Source: Lytechinus pictus (Eukaryota). Taken from it: a stretch of DNA of 64,000 bases. The DNA lies in NCBI RefSeq assembly GCF_037042905.1, contig NC_087251.1:36210001-36274000 (forward strand), read 5' to 3'. The position numbers were made by a program, and so were the translations under genes. Below are positions 52,890-64,000 of the stretch, piece by piece. Position 1 is the first letter of the stretch. Each line of letters begins with the position of its first letter. The notes under the pieces are model-generated. The model saw nothing but the letters and a program-made list of their open reading frames with translations. It searched no databases and was not told the origin of the DNA.

Positions 52890-53134
52890 GTAATATAGAT
52901 GTTCACTTCACATGTTTCTGATTAACCCCTCCGAAATACTAATCTCGCACAACCCAACCGCTTTATTTCGAGAATAATCTCAAGTGTAATTCAAATACAA
53001 ATATCACGGGAACGTAACAATGCTATATCTCTTTGCGTGCTTTAGAAATCACTCTAGTAGAAGATGGAAATGGCGTACCGATCATATCCATTCGTTCATC
53101 CATTCCAGCGATCCCGTGTGGTCACGTCCATGCC

Positions 53135-54172
53135 TAGACCAAAAGCTTCAGTCTCTGTATTTTGGTTGTTCCGCTGAACTACGTTGGCTCCACTCACCAT
53201 ACATAGACTGAAGGGGATGGGGCCCCGTACCTACAGCCAACGTATAGTGAACTAGCGTTTTATAGATCGCGATTTAAAACTGTTTTTTAAGCAAAATTGA
53301 AAGTTTCATGGTTTCCATTATCAGGGAAATATGAATAACTTAAGTAATTGCATACCTTGGGCCGGAGTTATTGAAAAAAATCCTCTGGATGATTGAGAAA
53401 TCTGTCATCTAAGACATTTTCACCTGACCTGACGGTTTTTCTTGCAAGTTGCCATCTTGAATGACGTCATTATCGTTATTAACTTAATGTCTCGAATCGA
53501 TATATCGCGATTATAACTAGTACTAGTATAACTAGTATCGTTTATCTTCGGTTTCGTTCGCATATATATATGGAGCAGATCGTATAATATCGAAATAATA
53601 TCATAACTGGGCGTTGTGGCGTGCGCCTGTAATCCAAGCTGTGGGGAAGTTACAAATTGATGCAGAGGTTCGAGGTTCGAGCCCTGGTCACGTCTTTCGG
53701 ACGGTGACGTTAAAGGTCGGTCCCAGACGTAAATAATCATATCTGATTGATACACGTCTGACAAAACTCAAATACACACACACAATATCGAAAGCAATAT
53801 CGATATCACATTCGTGATTGTTGACGTTCGTTTGTAAATATTTTATAGTTTGGCTGCCATTTTGACCATTTTTATCGTGTTCAACCCAATTAAACATCGG
53901 TAAAGTATATTTTTCATGCCTTTTTCATCTATATCGTTTAAAGTATCTAAACCTTGAAATATCAAGGTTTAAAAGTTTGTTGTTTATACATCCTTAGATT
54001 GTAAATTCGATGTGTAAAATTACATCAAACTTTGGACTGTGAATTGACAAAAGGGAGGGAATGAGAACACATGCGAGCCCACACGTACACCCTACCGTCG
54101 GTAAATGGGGATTACAGTAAAATGTCAGAAATTGTTGAATAAATCCCCAGAAACGACGGTTATTCCTGTCTA
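53135..54172. mobile_element. Non-autonomous DNA element copy 1 (TAGAC...GTCTA ends, 9-bp TSD GTCCATGCC), carrying a SINE
   Basis: GTCCATGCC at 53126-53134 and 54173-54181 flanks TAGACC...CCTGTCTA. Confidence 0.75.
53596..53783 (+). mobile_element. SINE with 7SL-like head, B box and (CA)n tail; 10-bp TSD AATATCGAAA
   Basis: TSD at 53586-53595 and 53784-53793; empty site at 54632-54641 in the sister copy; head ACTGGGCGTTGTGGCGTGCGCCTGTAATCCAAGCT; GGTTCGAGCCC at 53674. Confidence 0.85.
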
Positions 54173-54181
54173 GTCCATGCC

Positions 54182-55020
54182 TAGACCAAAAGCTTCAGTC
54201 TCTGTATTTTGGTTGTTCCGCTGAACTACGTTGGCTCCACTCACCATACATAGACTGAAGGGGATGGGGCCCCATACCTACAGCCAACGTATAGTGAACT
54301 AGCGTTTTATAGATCGCGATTTAAAACTGTTTTTTAAGCAAAATTGAAAGTTTCATGGTTTCCATTATCAGGGAAATATATATAACTTAAGTAATTGCAT
54401 ACCTTGGGCCGGAGTTATTGAAAAAAATCCTCTGGATGATTGAGAAATCTGTCATCTAAGACATTTTCACCTGACCTGACGGTTTTCTTGCAAGTTGCCA
54501 TCTTGAATGACGTCATTGTCGTTATTAACTTAATGTCTCGAATCGATATATCGCGATTATAACTAGTACTCGTACTAGTATAACTAGTATCGTTTATCTT
54601 CGGTTTCGTTCGCATATGGAGCAGATCGTATAATATCGAAAGCAATATCGATATCACATTCATGATTGTTGACGTTCGTTTGTAAATATTTTATAGTTTG
54701 GCTGCCATTTTGACCATTTTTATCGTGTTCAACCCAATTAAACATCGGTAAAGTATATTTTTCATGCCTTTTTCATCTATATCGTTTAAAGTATTTAAAT
54801 GTTGGAATATCATCAATTAAAAGTTTGTTGTTTATACATCCTTAGATTGTAAATTCGATGTGTAAAATTACATCAAACTTTGGACTGTGAATTGACAAAA
54901 GGGAGGGAATGAGAACACATGCGAGCCCACACGTACACCCTACCGTCGGTAAATGGGGATTACAGTAAAATGTCAGAAATTGTTGAATAAATCCCCAGAA
55001 ACGACGGTTATTCCTGTCTA
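54182..55020. mobile_element. Non-autonomous DNA element copy 2 (839 bp), tandem with copy 1
   Basis: Highly similar to 53135-54172 minus the SINE; third GTCCATGCC at 55021-55029. Confidence 0.75.
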
Positions 55021-56429
55021 GTCCATGCCCCGCCCCCTCTCAGGTGTTGAGATCTCAAAACAATTTTTAACACTTTAAAAGATTAATTTCCTCTTCAGGA
55101 TATTCCCCCTCAAACTCAAGGACAAGGTTCAACATCCTTTTGGGACTTATCATGCTAATGTCTTAATCTGTTAATGACAATGGGGAAGATGAGACAGCAA
55201 TAATTGATCCAGTGTTTGTAAATTTGCTTATGTCATGATGAATTTCTTGTCTGAATTGTTAAGTTTTTTTAATTAAAGTGAAAGAAAGAAACAGTTCCTT
55301 CATTTGAAATGACTGAGTTTTCATTTATTAAGGCACTTGCGCTAATGGGAGGTTAGTATACTATTTTATTCCATATGCCATGTTAAGATTTTTTGTTTGT
55401 TCATTGCTCTACATTCAACTATTTTCTCCAATATAAACTTGACCCCACTTACCTTTATTCATTTTCCTTTGTCATGTTTGTTACCTTTTTAAAAATTTCT
55501 TTTCTTTCTCTTTCATCTTTCAAAATGTTTCATTTTCTCTTAGCCTATTATATTTCTCTTAATTTTCTCTACTTCTTCTTTATCTTTCTTTGTTTTTTTG
55601 CAAATCCTTTTAGTGTTTTTCTCTTCCTTTCCTGTTTCATATTTTTTCTAATTGAAAAGTAGAATAATTTTTTTCTTTTCTTCCTCTTTGTTCATTGAGT
55701 GATTATTGATCTCTTTTCCTCTTTTATCTTTCTGGTTCACTCCTTTCTCTTTCAATTTAATGGTTTTCATCATATTTTTCTCCATTTTCTTTATTTCCTC
55801 TTTATTTTTGTTCTCTCCTATTGAACCATTCATTTTCTCCTTTATCTCCTTGTTCAATCTGGCCTAAATTTTTCAATTTCTCTCTCTGCTAAAAAAGGCG
55901 AAATTTATTGTGATATATTGAAAATACATGTTAATTAATTTTTACAAATCTCACCCTGTGGAATTGCTGTTTAAATATTTGATGAGCAGGGCACAGTTTC
56001 ACAATGATACCTCTTAAAGGGGTCTCATTGAAATTAATTTTCTTTTCGTATTTTTTTTAATATTTAGACCTATTATCAATCTAAATTAGTGATATAATTC
56101 ATGGTGTATTCCATCTTTAAAAAAGTAAATATTTAATTGAATGAAAAAGGGTTGGTTTGCAGGAACATTTACTTTCATTTTCATAATCATAAAGTATTAC
56201 ATCATGCTTCTACATGTATTTTAATAGAAAATGAAACGTTACATTTTTTATTACCGTATATATTTCATTTCAAATTTTAGTGAATAAGTGAATTTTTAAT
56301 GGAAAGTTTTCAATGCTTCTATGTCTAGGTCTTTCTAAAGCCCAGTCAAACTACAAATCACACTGTATACCATTACACATATAATATGCTATATAAATGA
56401 AAATTAAATGATATACTGATTTGTATAGT

Positions 56430-56770
56430 GCATGCATTATGTGCTATAATTAAGAGCTCTTGAAATGCTTGCAAACAAATTTAGAAAAGGGAAAGAAAAA
56501 TAATGTATGGAAATTATTGGAAAAGATAGGTTTTTAGTCTACATTTGAATGATAGAGAGGATCTAATTACATATGGCAAGCAGGCAAATGCACAATCTCC
56601 CAAAGTTATCTTTGTATTACGAGTTAGAGAACTGCCCTGGTTGTGAGTGTGTCTGTGAACTTTGCATTGTAAAAGCTCAGAAATGTAGCTCGGGGCTTGA
56701 CCAGTTTGTGCCTTGTATACAATTAACAAAATCTTGAAAGATATTCATTGGAGAACTTCATAGGAGTGAT
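56430..56770 (-). mobile_element. Decayed L2/CR1-type LINE 3' fragment
   Basis: Translation LIVYKAQTGQAPSYISELL...LGDCAF...SFKCRLKTYLF matches the typical ORF2 C-terminus of this group. Confidence 0.65.
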
Positions 56771-57989
56771 CCTGGAAAAATCTAGGTTGACTAAATGTGT
56801 ACTGCTGATTTATCAGCCTTACACATGTCATTTAAATTTAATTTAATTTCGTTTATTTCCATTTTCAACAATTACAGTTTGTTTTGTACATTTGACAAAC
56901 ACATTTCAAGTATCCCTGTACAAAAATTATATTCAAGATTATTACATTACAGGTTGGAAATGGAGGAGGCTGCTAAAAAGTGTAGCTTGTAGAGTGCAGC
57001 CTCCTTATAAATATTCTTGTAGTTTTACATAGCATATAAAAATCAAAATGATAGCATATAAAAATCAATAATAAATTTCTTCTGTACTCGCTGGAGACGC
57101 CCGATTTGAGACGAGGGGAGCCCATGCAACAAACTTTTACAATAATCTAGCTTACTAATAATACATGCACGGACAAGTGTTTTCATGCTTTCATCATCAA
57201 AGTATTTTGGTATGCTTATAATCTTATATCTGCCTATATCTTAATACATTTGCAAAAAGACTGTAAGTGCCCCTTTTAATTGGAAAAATAAGAAGGTCCA
57301 GTGAATCTGAACAAATACCATTTCAACAATAATGTTTATTATTGTTACCTTTTCACTTTTATGTACGCTTATATATATATATATGTGTGTATTGGGTGTC
57401 CCACTCATCAAGCTTTTGCTTTTAGGGGCACCCTAATCATTTAAACTATACTGTACATTCATGTATATGATTTTGTATATATTTTGGTTTGTATATTGAT
57501 TTTTTTTAATGATTGAATAAAATGAATTGAATTAAATGATAAAGCAGTCATTAAAAAAATCTGCTTAGAATTTCATTTTCTTTGTTTCAAAGGGTTCAAG
57601 GACCTCATTTTATAAGATATTATCCAAAGAATAATATAAGTTGCTCCTGTTTCCATAAGTAAAGAGTTCATCGGAGACAAGTAATTTTGGGAAGTGTCGC
57701 TGTAGACTTTGGACCATACTTTACTAGTCTCTGCTCTACGATTTATACTTAACCAGAAGGTGTACATTTTTCTTAGATGTCTTATGGATTTGATACAAAG
57801 CAATATTACAAATCCTTCAATTATTTGATTATATAATTCTTACTAGTATTTGTAATGCTTCTTTATTAATGTTTTATAATATTTTCTACTTTTATTAATA
57901 TGTTAAATTTATTGTGGAAACCAAGCATAATACTCTGAAACACACCGCCTGAATTCATTACCAATCTAATTTGGTGGGTTTTTTTTCAG

Positions 57990-58141
57990 ACTGAGACTTT
58001 ATCCCCGTATCCTTCGAGATGTGTCTGTACGTGATATGTCAACGACTGTCCTTGGTCAACGGCTCCCCTATCCCATTGCTATCGCACCTACAGCTATGCA
58101 GAGAATGGCCCATGCAGATGGGGAAGTGGCAACAGCACGAG
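57990..58141 (+). CDS. HAO1: HAO1 exon 2
   Basis: [54 protein letters not shown] boundaries. Confidence 0.95.
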
Positions 58142-58901
58142 GTATGATTACGTTCTATAGAAAAAATAGGAATGGTGATGATGATGATGGTGATGATCAA
58201 GGATCAAGATGATGATTATTAATGTTCAGTGGAACATAGTGTGTGATTAATATTTCTAGGAACTTGGGCTTTGGTTCACCAATCAATGTACAACACTAGG
58301 TCATCATCACGTATCCCTCTTCACATCCCACGGACATTCAAATCAATAGGTGATACATTTCTGTGTTTGCCCCAAAATATTAGAATACATTACCTCATAA
58401 AGTTAAACAATGTCCTTCTATTGATGTGTTTAAGAAGATGCTCAAATCTAATTTGTTTTGATATACTGCAAGTAATATTTCATTTTTGTGTAGTTTTATG
58501 GTAAGTTATTACCGATTGTATTTGTTTTGTCATTTGTACAGTGCTTAATAAGAAGTAATTATTATTATTATTATCAACATTGCACATTCTTATAGTGACT
58601 TGAATCTGTATCACATATTCACATTAAGAATTTATCATTATCATCACTGCTTTGAGAAAAAAATAATAGACGATGTACAAAGAACAATTCTAATTATTTA
58701 CCCTTTAACTTTAATCTGGCAAGAAAAAATGTTAAATTAATTTTTACTTAAAAGGTTTTCAGTAACCGTTTAATTCAAATTATTTTTTGGCTGCTTTCTT
58801 ATATGAAAATACAATCTTTGGTTTATTTCTAGTAAATCATGCTTCCTGTATAAATAATAAATTTTAAGATAGTAGGTTGGGTAAATGTCAAGTAAGACTA
58901 A

Positions 58902-59212
58902 GGCTCGTATTCTGAAGTCGGGTTTAACTTAAACTCAGGTTTAAAATTGTGGTTTAAGTATGGATAGCCAATTGTTACATAAATCACTAACGGTAGAGAC
59001 ATCATATTTCAGCTCATTTGGCTCTCAAATCATTCATAATTGTCTAGGAAGTATAAATAGATGATTGTCTTCACTATCGATGAATCAGGAAAGAGCACAG
59101 TAAACATAAGAAACAAACAACTTAATACAATTTTTTACTCTTTTAGCTTCCCATAATTTTAGCGCAGAGTTAGACCATGGTGTAAGTTAAATCTGACTTC
59201 AGAATATGGGCC
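58902..59212. mobile_element. Harbinger/PIF-type MITE, TAA TSD
   Basis: TAA|GGCTCGTATTCTGAAGTCGGGTTTAACTTA...TAAGTTAAATCTGACTTCAGAATATGGGCC|TAA. Confidence 0.8.
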
Positions 59213-59320
59213 TAAGAGTCCCGTCTACTGAACAACCTTTGATATTGTTTGTTTTCTTGACTATAACCTACCTTCCTCCCGGCTCCCCCTCACCCTTTCT
59301 CTCTCCCTTTTACTTCACAG

Positions 59321-59576
59321 CTGCTACAGCAATGGGCACCGGTATGATCCTCAGTTCCTGGTCTACCAGTAGTATTGAGGAAGTTGCAGAGGCTTCTGGG
59401 AAGGGACTAAGATGGTTCCAGCTCTACGTGTACAAGGATAGAGAGGTCACCAGGGACCTGGTCAAGCGTGCAGAGAGGGCGGGCTACAAGGCCATTTTCG
59501 TGACGGTGGATACGCCCATGCTCGGGAAGAGACTGGCTGATATCAGGAACAAGTTCTCTTTACCGGAGCCACTAAG
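59321..59576 (+). CDS. HAO1: HAO1 exon 3
   Basis: [22 protein letters not shown]...[12 protein letters not shown]...[25 protein letters not shown] boundaries. Confidence 0.96.
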
Positions 59577-61127
59577 GTAACATGCTTTAAAATTTTATAT
59601 TTTTAGGGAAAGGCCACTTTGCCTACTGGGTGGATATTTTTTATATTAGAGCAGAAATGTGAAAAAAAATAAAAAGGTTAAAAAATATCAAAAGCCAGTT
59701 CTTAGACTGCTTTGGATTAATTTAAAGCACTGAGGTACAGTTTGAATCTTTCAACCCTTTGTAACATTGATCTCTATTTGAGAATAAAATATTTGAAATT
59801 GAACTTGTAATGATCCCATTACAGTTTAAATCATATATGCTGAATTGTGAGGATGAATATTTCTTCAATTCAATTGTCAATATATTTGTGCATTTCACAG
59901 TCCTTCTGCACAAGTTGCATCCTTGTTGTGACGTGTATCTCCTGAGTCCTCCTTGTAGTCCTGAGAGATTGGTTGACAACATCAAGTGCTGTGTGTTGCT
60001 CCTATCATTGATTACAATCCTCATTTAAGCGCTATACATTTAGTTTTCCTGGTTTCTCTTACAAAAGGTACAAGCATATTATAGATTTAGGATATAGCAT
60101 TTTGTTATATCACAATCAAAACTCAAAAGTGATTTCTTTGGATACTGCAAAATTTCAAATTGCCTCTAAAATGATGAAATGAAAGAAAAATTATGGAAGT
60201 CTGGGCAGAAACAAAATATTTTGGTACTGCAATTACTAATTAGAAATTGATGACTCATATCACAACCAAAATGTGTATTGATAAGCTTGGTTTTGTTTGG
60301 CATGACTAGGGTCGAGTGCCAAAGTATACAGAATTAGCATTGCAAATTTTTATGGCAGCAATTGTTTTAAGGACATAAAGTTTTATAGTTTCAAAGTACA
60401 AACCCCATCTAAGGTAATATGTAATAAATCATCTTATTCAAACATGAAATTGAATAGCTTTACACGTATGTCAAGGATATCCTGAGATTATGTAAATATT
60501 GTTCATGCATAATTTTAGAATTCTTTCAAAGTCCAAGCTCAATTTGATTAATAAAGAAACAAATCAAGCAACCATAAATGTTCTACGATTCCTTAATTAT
60601 TGATCGATTGATTGATTGCATTTATTCTTATTCATTCCAAAATTTAACAAAAGTTACAATGTATAGCAAAACACAAAAAATATAATATACAGAAATGAAA
60701 AAAGGGAACCCACTGGAAAGCAAAGCTTGTAAGTATGGGTTCCCTGCAATAAATAGTTAATTAAAGTACATCTTTGATCAATGAAATTCAATTCGTAAAT
60801 TAAAAAGGTTGGTACAATAAAAAAGAATACTAGTGGGGTCAAGCTTTTATGCCTACTCACTATGTTACAATTAACAAAAAAAAATTATTATTTAGGATGT
60901 TGTGATAACTGCTATATGAAAAAAGAAAATATTGTCAAAAATCAATAATGATTATTTTCCATGAGGAGTTTAAAAAGTTAGTTCAATTCTTGTCAAGTGA
61001 AAACACGGGAGTGATAGTGCTCTGCACTATGCACTAAAAAGAATCCTGCTATACCAAATATATGGATTGATTTGAACATACATTTGTGTGTTTTATTCTT
61101 TATCAATGTTGTTTTTCTTTATAACAG

Positions 61128-61297
61128 AATGGCAAACTTCACCTCCGAGCTTATCGAGTCTTGTGTACGTGGATCATCCAGTTCAGGTCTAACAGAGTAT
61201 GTAGCATCACTGATTGATCCTACGCTAAGCTGGAAGCACATTGAATGGTTGAAGACTATTACATCATTACCGATCATTCTCAAAGGTGTCCTCACAG
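61128..61297 (+). CDS. HAO1: HAO1 exon 4
   Basis: MANFT...[42 protein letters not shown] boundaries. Confidence 0.95.
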
Positions 61298-61438
61298 GTA
61301 ATTTGGACTGGAATTACACACACACACAGCACACCCACACACCAGCACTCAAAAAGGAGAGGAGGGTTTTTTAACAAACAAAAAATTCAAGGAAAGGAAA
61401 TGGAAAATCAGTAAAGTTGAAAATGAATGATTGCTGGA

Positions 61439-62337
61439 GGGCAATTCCACGCAAAAGTGGACATTTTCCAAAAATTTATATTGGCTCTATTTCAAATCTG
61501 GATCAAATTTTTCTATCAAAACTCATATGGAATTTCATAAATACAAAAGGGGAAAATAATTAGCCACATTTTTTTTTCTTACGCATCTCCTTATAGGAGA
61601 ATCCAAACCATACAAGAAATTCTATACATGGGACTACATATATTGTTTTTTACCTTATTTCAATTTAACAGAAAACTATTGCTTGTTTTGTAAACTTTTC
61701 TTTTGGATAATCTGAAGGTCATCATTTTACATCATATAAAAAAAAAATTAAAATATAAGTTCATTTTACGCTGCCCGTGAGTGGATATTTCTGATGTCAC
61801 TTCGTAACCGGGTATGGGTTTACATTTTAAGTCGTAATTAATGAAATGATACACCAATTTTTTAATGTAATGCAGCATATTCAATTCAATTCAATTCAAT
61901 TCAATTCAATTTATTTTTCATTCTTCAACATAATACAAATAATTACATGTTAAATCAATTCAATTCAAATAAAAGCATGAACAAAATTCAACATTGAATA
62001 AATAATATACATATTCAATAAGTGATAAAAATATAAATTAACATGCATGTCAAATCAAAATTATGATAGCAATTCAAAATTCACAGAGTTTAAGCAATAT
62101 GTTTTCTCCTCAAATATGCATGTCCATTTTGCGTCACACCGTAACCATGTTTATGAATATTCATATCTCATTAATTCAGTGGATCAAAATAACAAATGTT
62201 ATCATTTTGAAAAGTGGGTTACAGCAACTACTGTCAGGTACCATTTCTTGGCAATAACTATTCAAATATGGGTGATATCTTTGTTTGAATGCAAAAAAGT
62301 TGTTTCTGAATGTCACTCCGTAACCGTGGAACTGCCC
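61439..62337. mobile_element. Non-autonomous DNA transposon with 4-bp TSD TGGA (Sola2-like GRG ends)
   Basis: TGGA|GGGCAATTCCACG...CGTGGAACTGCCC|TGGA; internal (TTCAA)n near 61880 may be a nested retroposon tail. Confidence 0.6.
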
Positions 62338-63170
62338 TGGATCATTGAATTAATGGAGATAGATGACTAGATAGATAAATATATGATTCAATGATTTTTT
62401 TTATAAATCACCTTTTATTCATAGAAAAGGGAATCAAATACGTTAATGGGCCCAGGTTATCAGTTCTAGATGAACGTAATACAGGGCAACATAAGATGAA
62501 TACAGTACGGTATACATAAACAAACTTAAAACAAGAGATACTAATTATTTACATATCAAACGCGTCAATTCATAACAAAATTCATAGTAAAGTGATGAGA
62601 AGGGGGAAGGAGGGGATATGCTATCTCATGGTTTAACTTAAGTTGTTCTGATTTTAAAATGAGTTCATTGTACTAACATATTGGTATTACAAAAATATAT
62701 AAATTATGCAATTATAAATATATGAACAGATAAAGTGTAAATTCACATAAGTAGGCCTAGATCTTGAATTTATATTTTATATATATATAAAAGGTGTTAT
62801 TTTGTTCGGCGAAGTATATGATATATTGATTGAATAAATAATAATAGTTAGCTAGATGATGGTATTTAATTTAAGAAATGTATGCAAATTGTGCATAGAA
62901 ATAAGACATTATTGAAGATAAGATGTCTGAAAAGCTCTTGTTTATCAAGAGACCAGTTGGGGGTCGAGTAGGTGTAGCCATTCCCCCCCCCCAATGTGTC
63001 CAAGCCTGATGGATTACAAGTACAATTTGTGCCGCTACTTGAGATCCCCTGGTTTAGCCTTTGTAATTTAAAATTGATTGTAGTAATTACTGGCATGGAG
63101 ATAGAAATAGACTTCATATTTCCTTGGAAATGGATTAATCTCAGAATATTTCTTTTCTATTCTTGCTTAG

Positions 63171-63262
63171 CTGAGGATGCACGAGAAGCAGCAGCACACA
63201 ATGTAGCAGGCGTGGTCGTATCCAATCATGGAGCTAGACAGCTTGATGGGGTTCCATCTACA
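63171..63262 (+). CDS. HAO1: HAO1 exon 5 (active-site signature)
   Basis: [30 protein letters not shown]. Confidence 0.96.
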
Positions 63263-63670
63263 GTAAGCTCAATGTATTTATGTTTACCACAATATTTGTA
63301 TAATTCCCAATGACATGAACTGTCAAAGGACATTGAATTACTCATCAAAATCCTTTGCCAGAATCACTCCCATTCACTGGAGCATATTTTTCTCCTCAAC
63401 TTCATTGAAATAAACAAGTGAAGATGCAACTGAAAAAAAGTCATTTGATAGATGAAACTGTCCTAATCTGTAAAATTATGTGTCATTCAGTTTATTTACA
63501 TGTTTTACCATGATAGCCAGTAGCAATTTCATGTATTTCATTCTTTTGATAAAAGAAACCCTTCCTGTTAGCTGCATGATTTTGAAATCAAAATCACCAA
63601 AAAATGTAGACCATTTTGTTGACAGTATTGATAATATTATTTGGAATACTTGTATTGACCTTTTGAATAG

Positions 63671-63832
63671 ATTGATGCCTTGCCTGAGGTTGTTGATGCT
63701 TTAAAAGGCACCGGGTTGGAGGTTTATCTGGATGGTGGCGTCAGGACTGGAACAGATGTTCTAAAGGCGATAGCCCTCGGAGCGAGGGCGGTATTCGTTG
63801 GTCGACCAGCATTGTGGGCTTTGGCATACAAT
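63671..63832 (+). CDS. HAO1: HAO1 exon 6
   Basis: [54 protein letters not shown], translated by hand; AG/GT boundaries. Confidence 0.96.
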
Positions 63833-64000
63833 GTAAGTGCAGTCATAAAATATTGACTTTCTAGTCAGGCAAAATTGCTAATGGCTAATACTAATGACTA
63901 GTTGCATTGACCAGTTATTGTTTTGAGGTGAGGATGGTTTATCAAATGGGCATTAGAATATATACCCACAATTGTTACCTCTGAAATTGTCCAAACTGTT

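Larger units (their letters stand above)
52756..63832 (+). other. HAO1: HAO1 hydroxyacid (glycolate) oxidase gene span, exons 1-6; continues beyond the window
   Basis: Exons 52756-52889, 57990-58141, 59321-59576, 61128-61297, 63171-63262, 63671-63832 splice in phase; FMN-dependent alpha-hydroxy acid oxidase motifs. HAO1 rather than HAO2 is a best guess. Confidence 0.9.

Noticed and set aside
53596..53783. Human Alu contamination or a functional 7SL gene
   Set aside because: Only the first ~45 nt are 7SL-like; there is no S domain, Alu dimer or poly(A) tail, and it is integrated with a TSD in a local repeat.

Overview
Eukaryotic (metazoan) genomic DNA, AT-rich with spliceosomal introns. The repeat style suggests an invertebrate deuterostome such as a sea urchin (inference). 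Bases 1-26560 are a 186/195-bp satellite array with nested higher-order duplications; its long ORFs are artefacts. Two divergent host genes follow. SRBD1 (Tex-like, minus strand) has 8 coding exons at 27358-40784 and its 3' part is missing, so the satellite apparently lies in an intron. HAO1 (glycolate oxidase, plus strand) has 6 exons from 52756 and runs off the window. Introns hold a young 5'-truncated CR1-type LINE, a 133-bp minisatellite and many MITEs. Two items stand out. (1) A complete 7.15-kb Merlin/IS1595-family transposon (44897-52049, 8-bp TSD) with large subterminal hairpins, inverted ~157-bp repeat arrays and a second ORF resembling the primase large-subunit C-terminal (PriL-CTD/PriX-like) motif. 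(2) A 188-bp SINE with a 7SL-RNA (Alu-domain)-like head, B box, (CA)n tail and 10-bp TSD, whose empty site is visible in an adjacent copy of its host element. All similarity statements are by eye from recalled sequences, not database searches.
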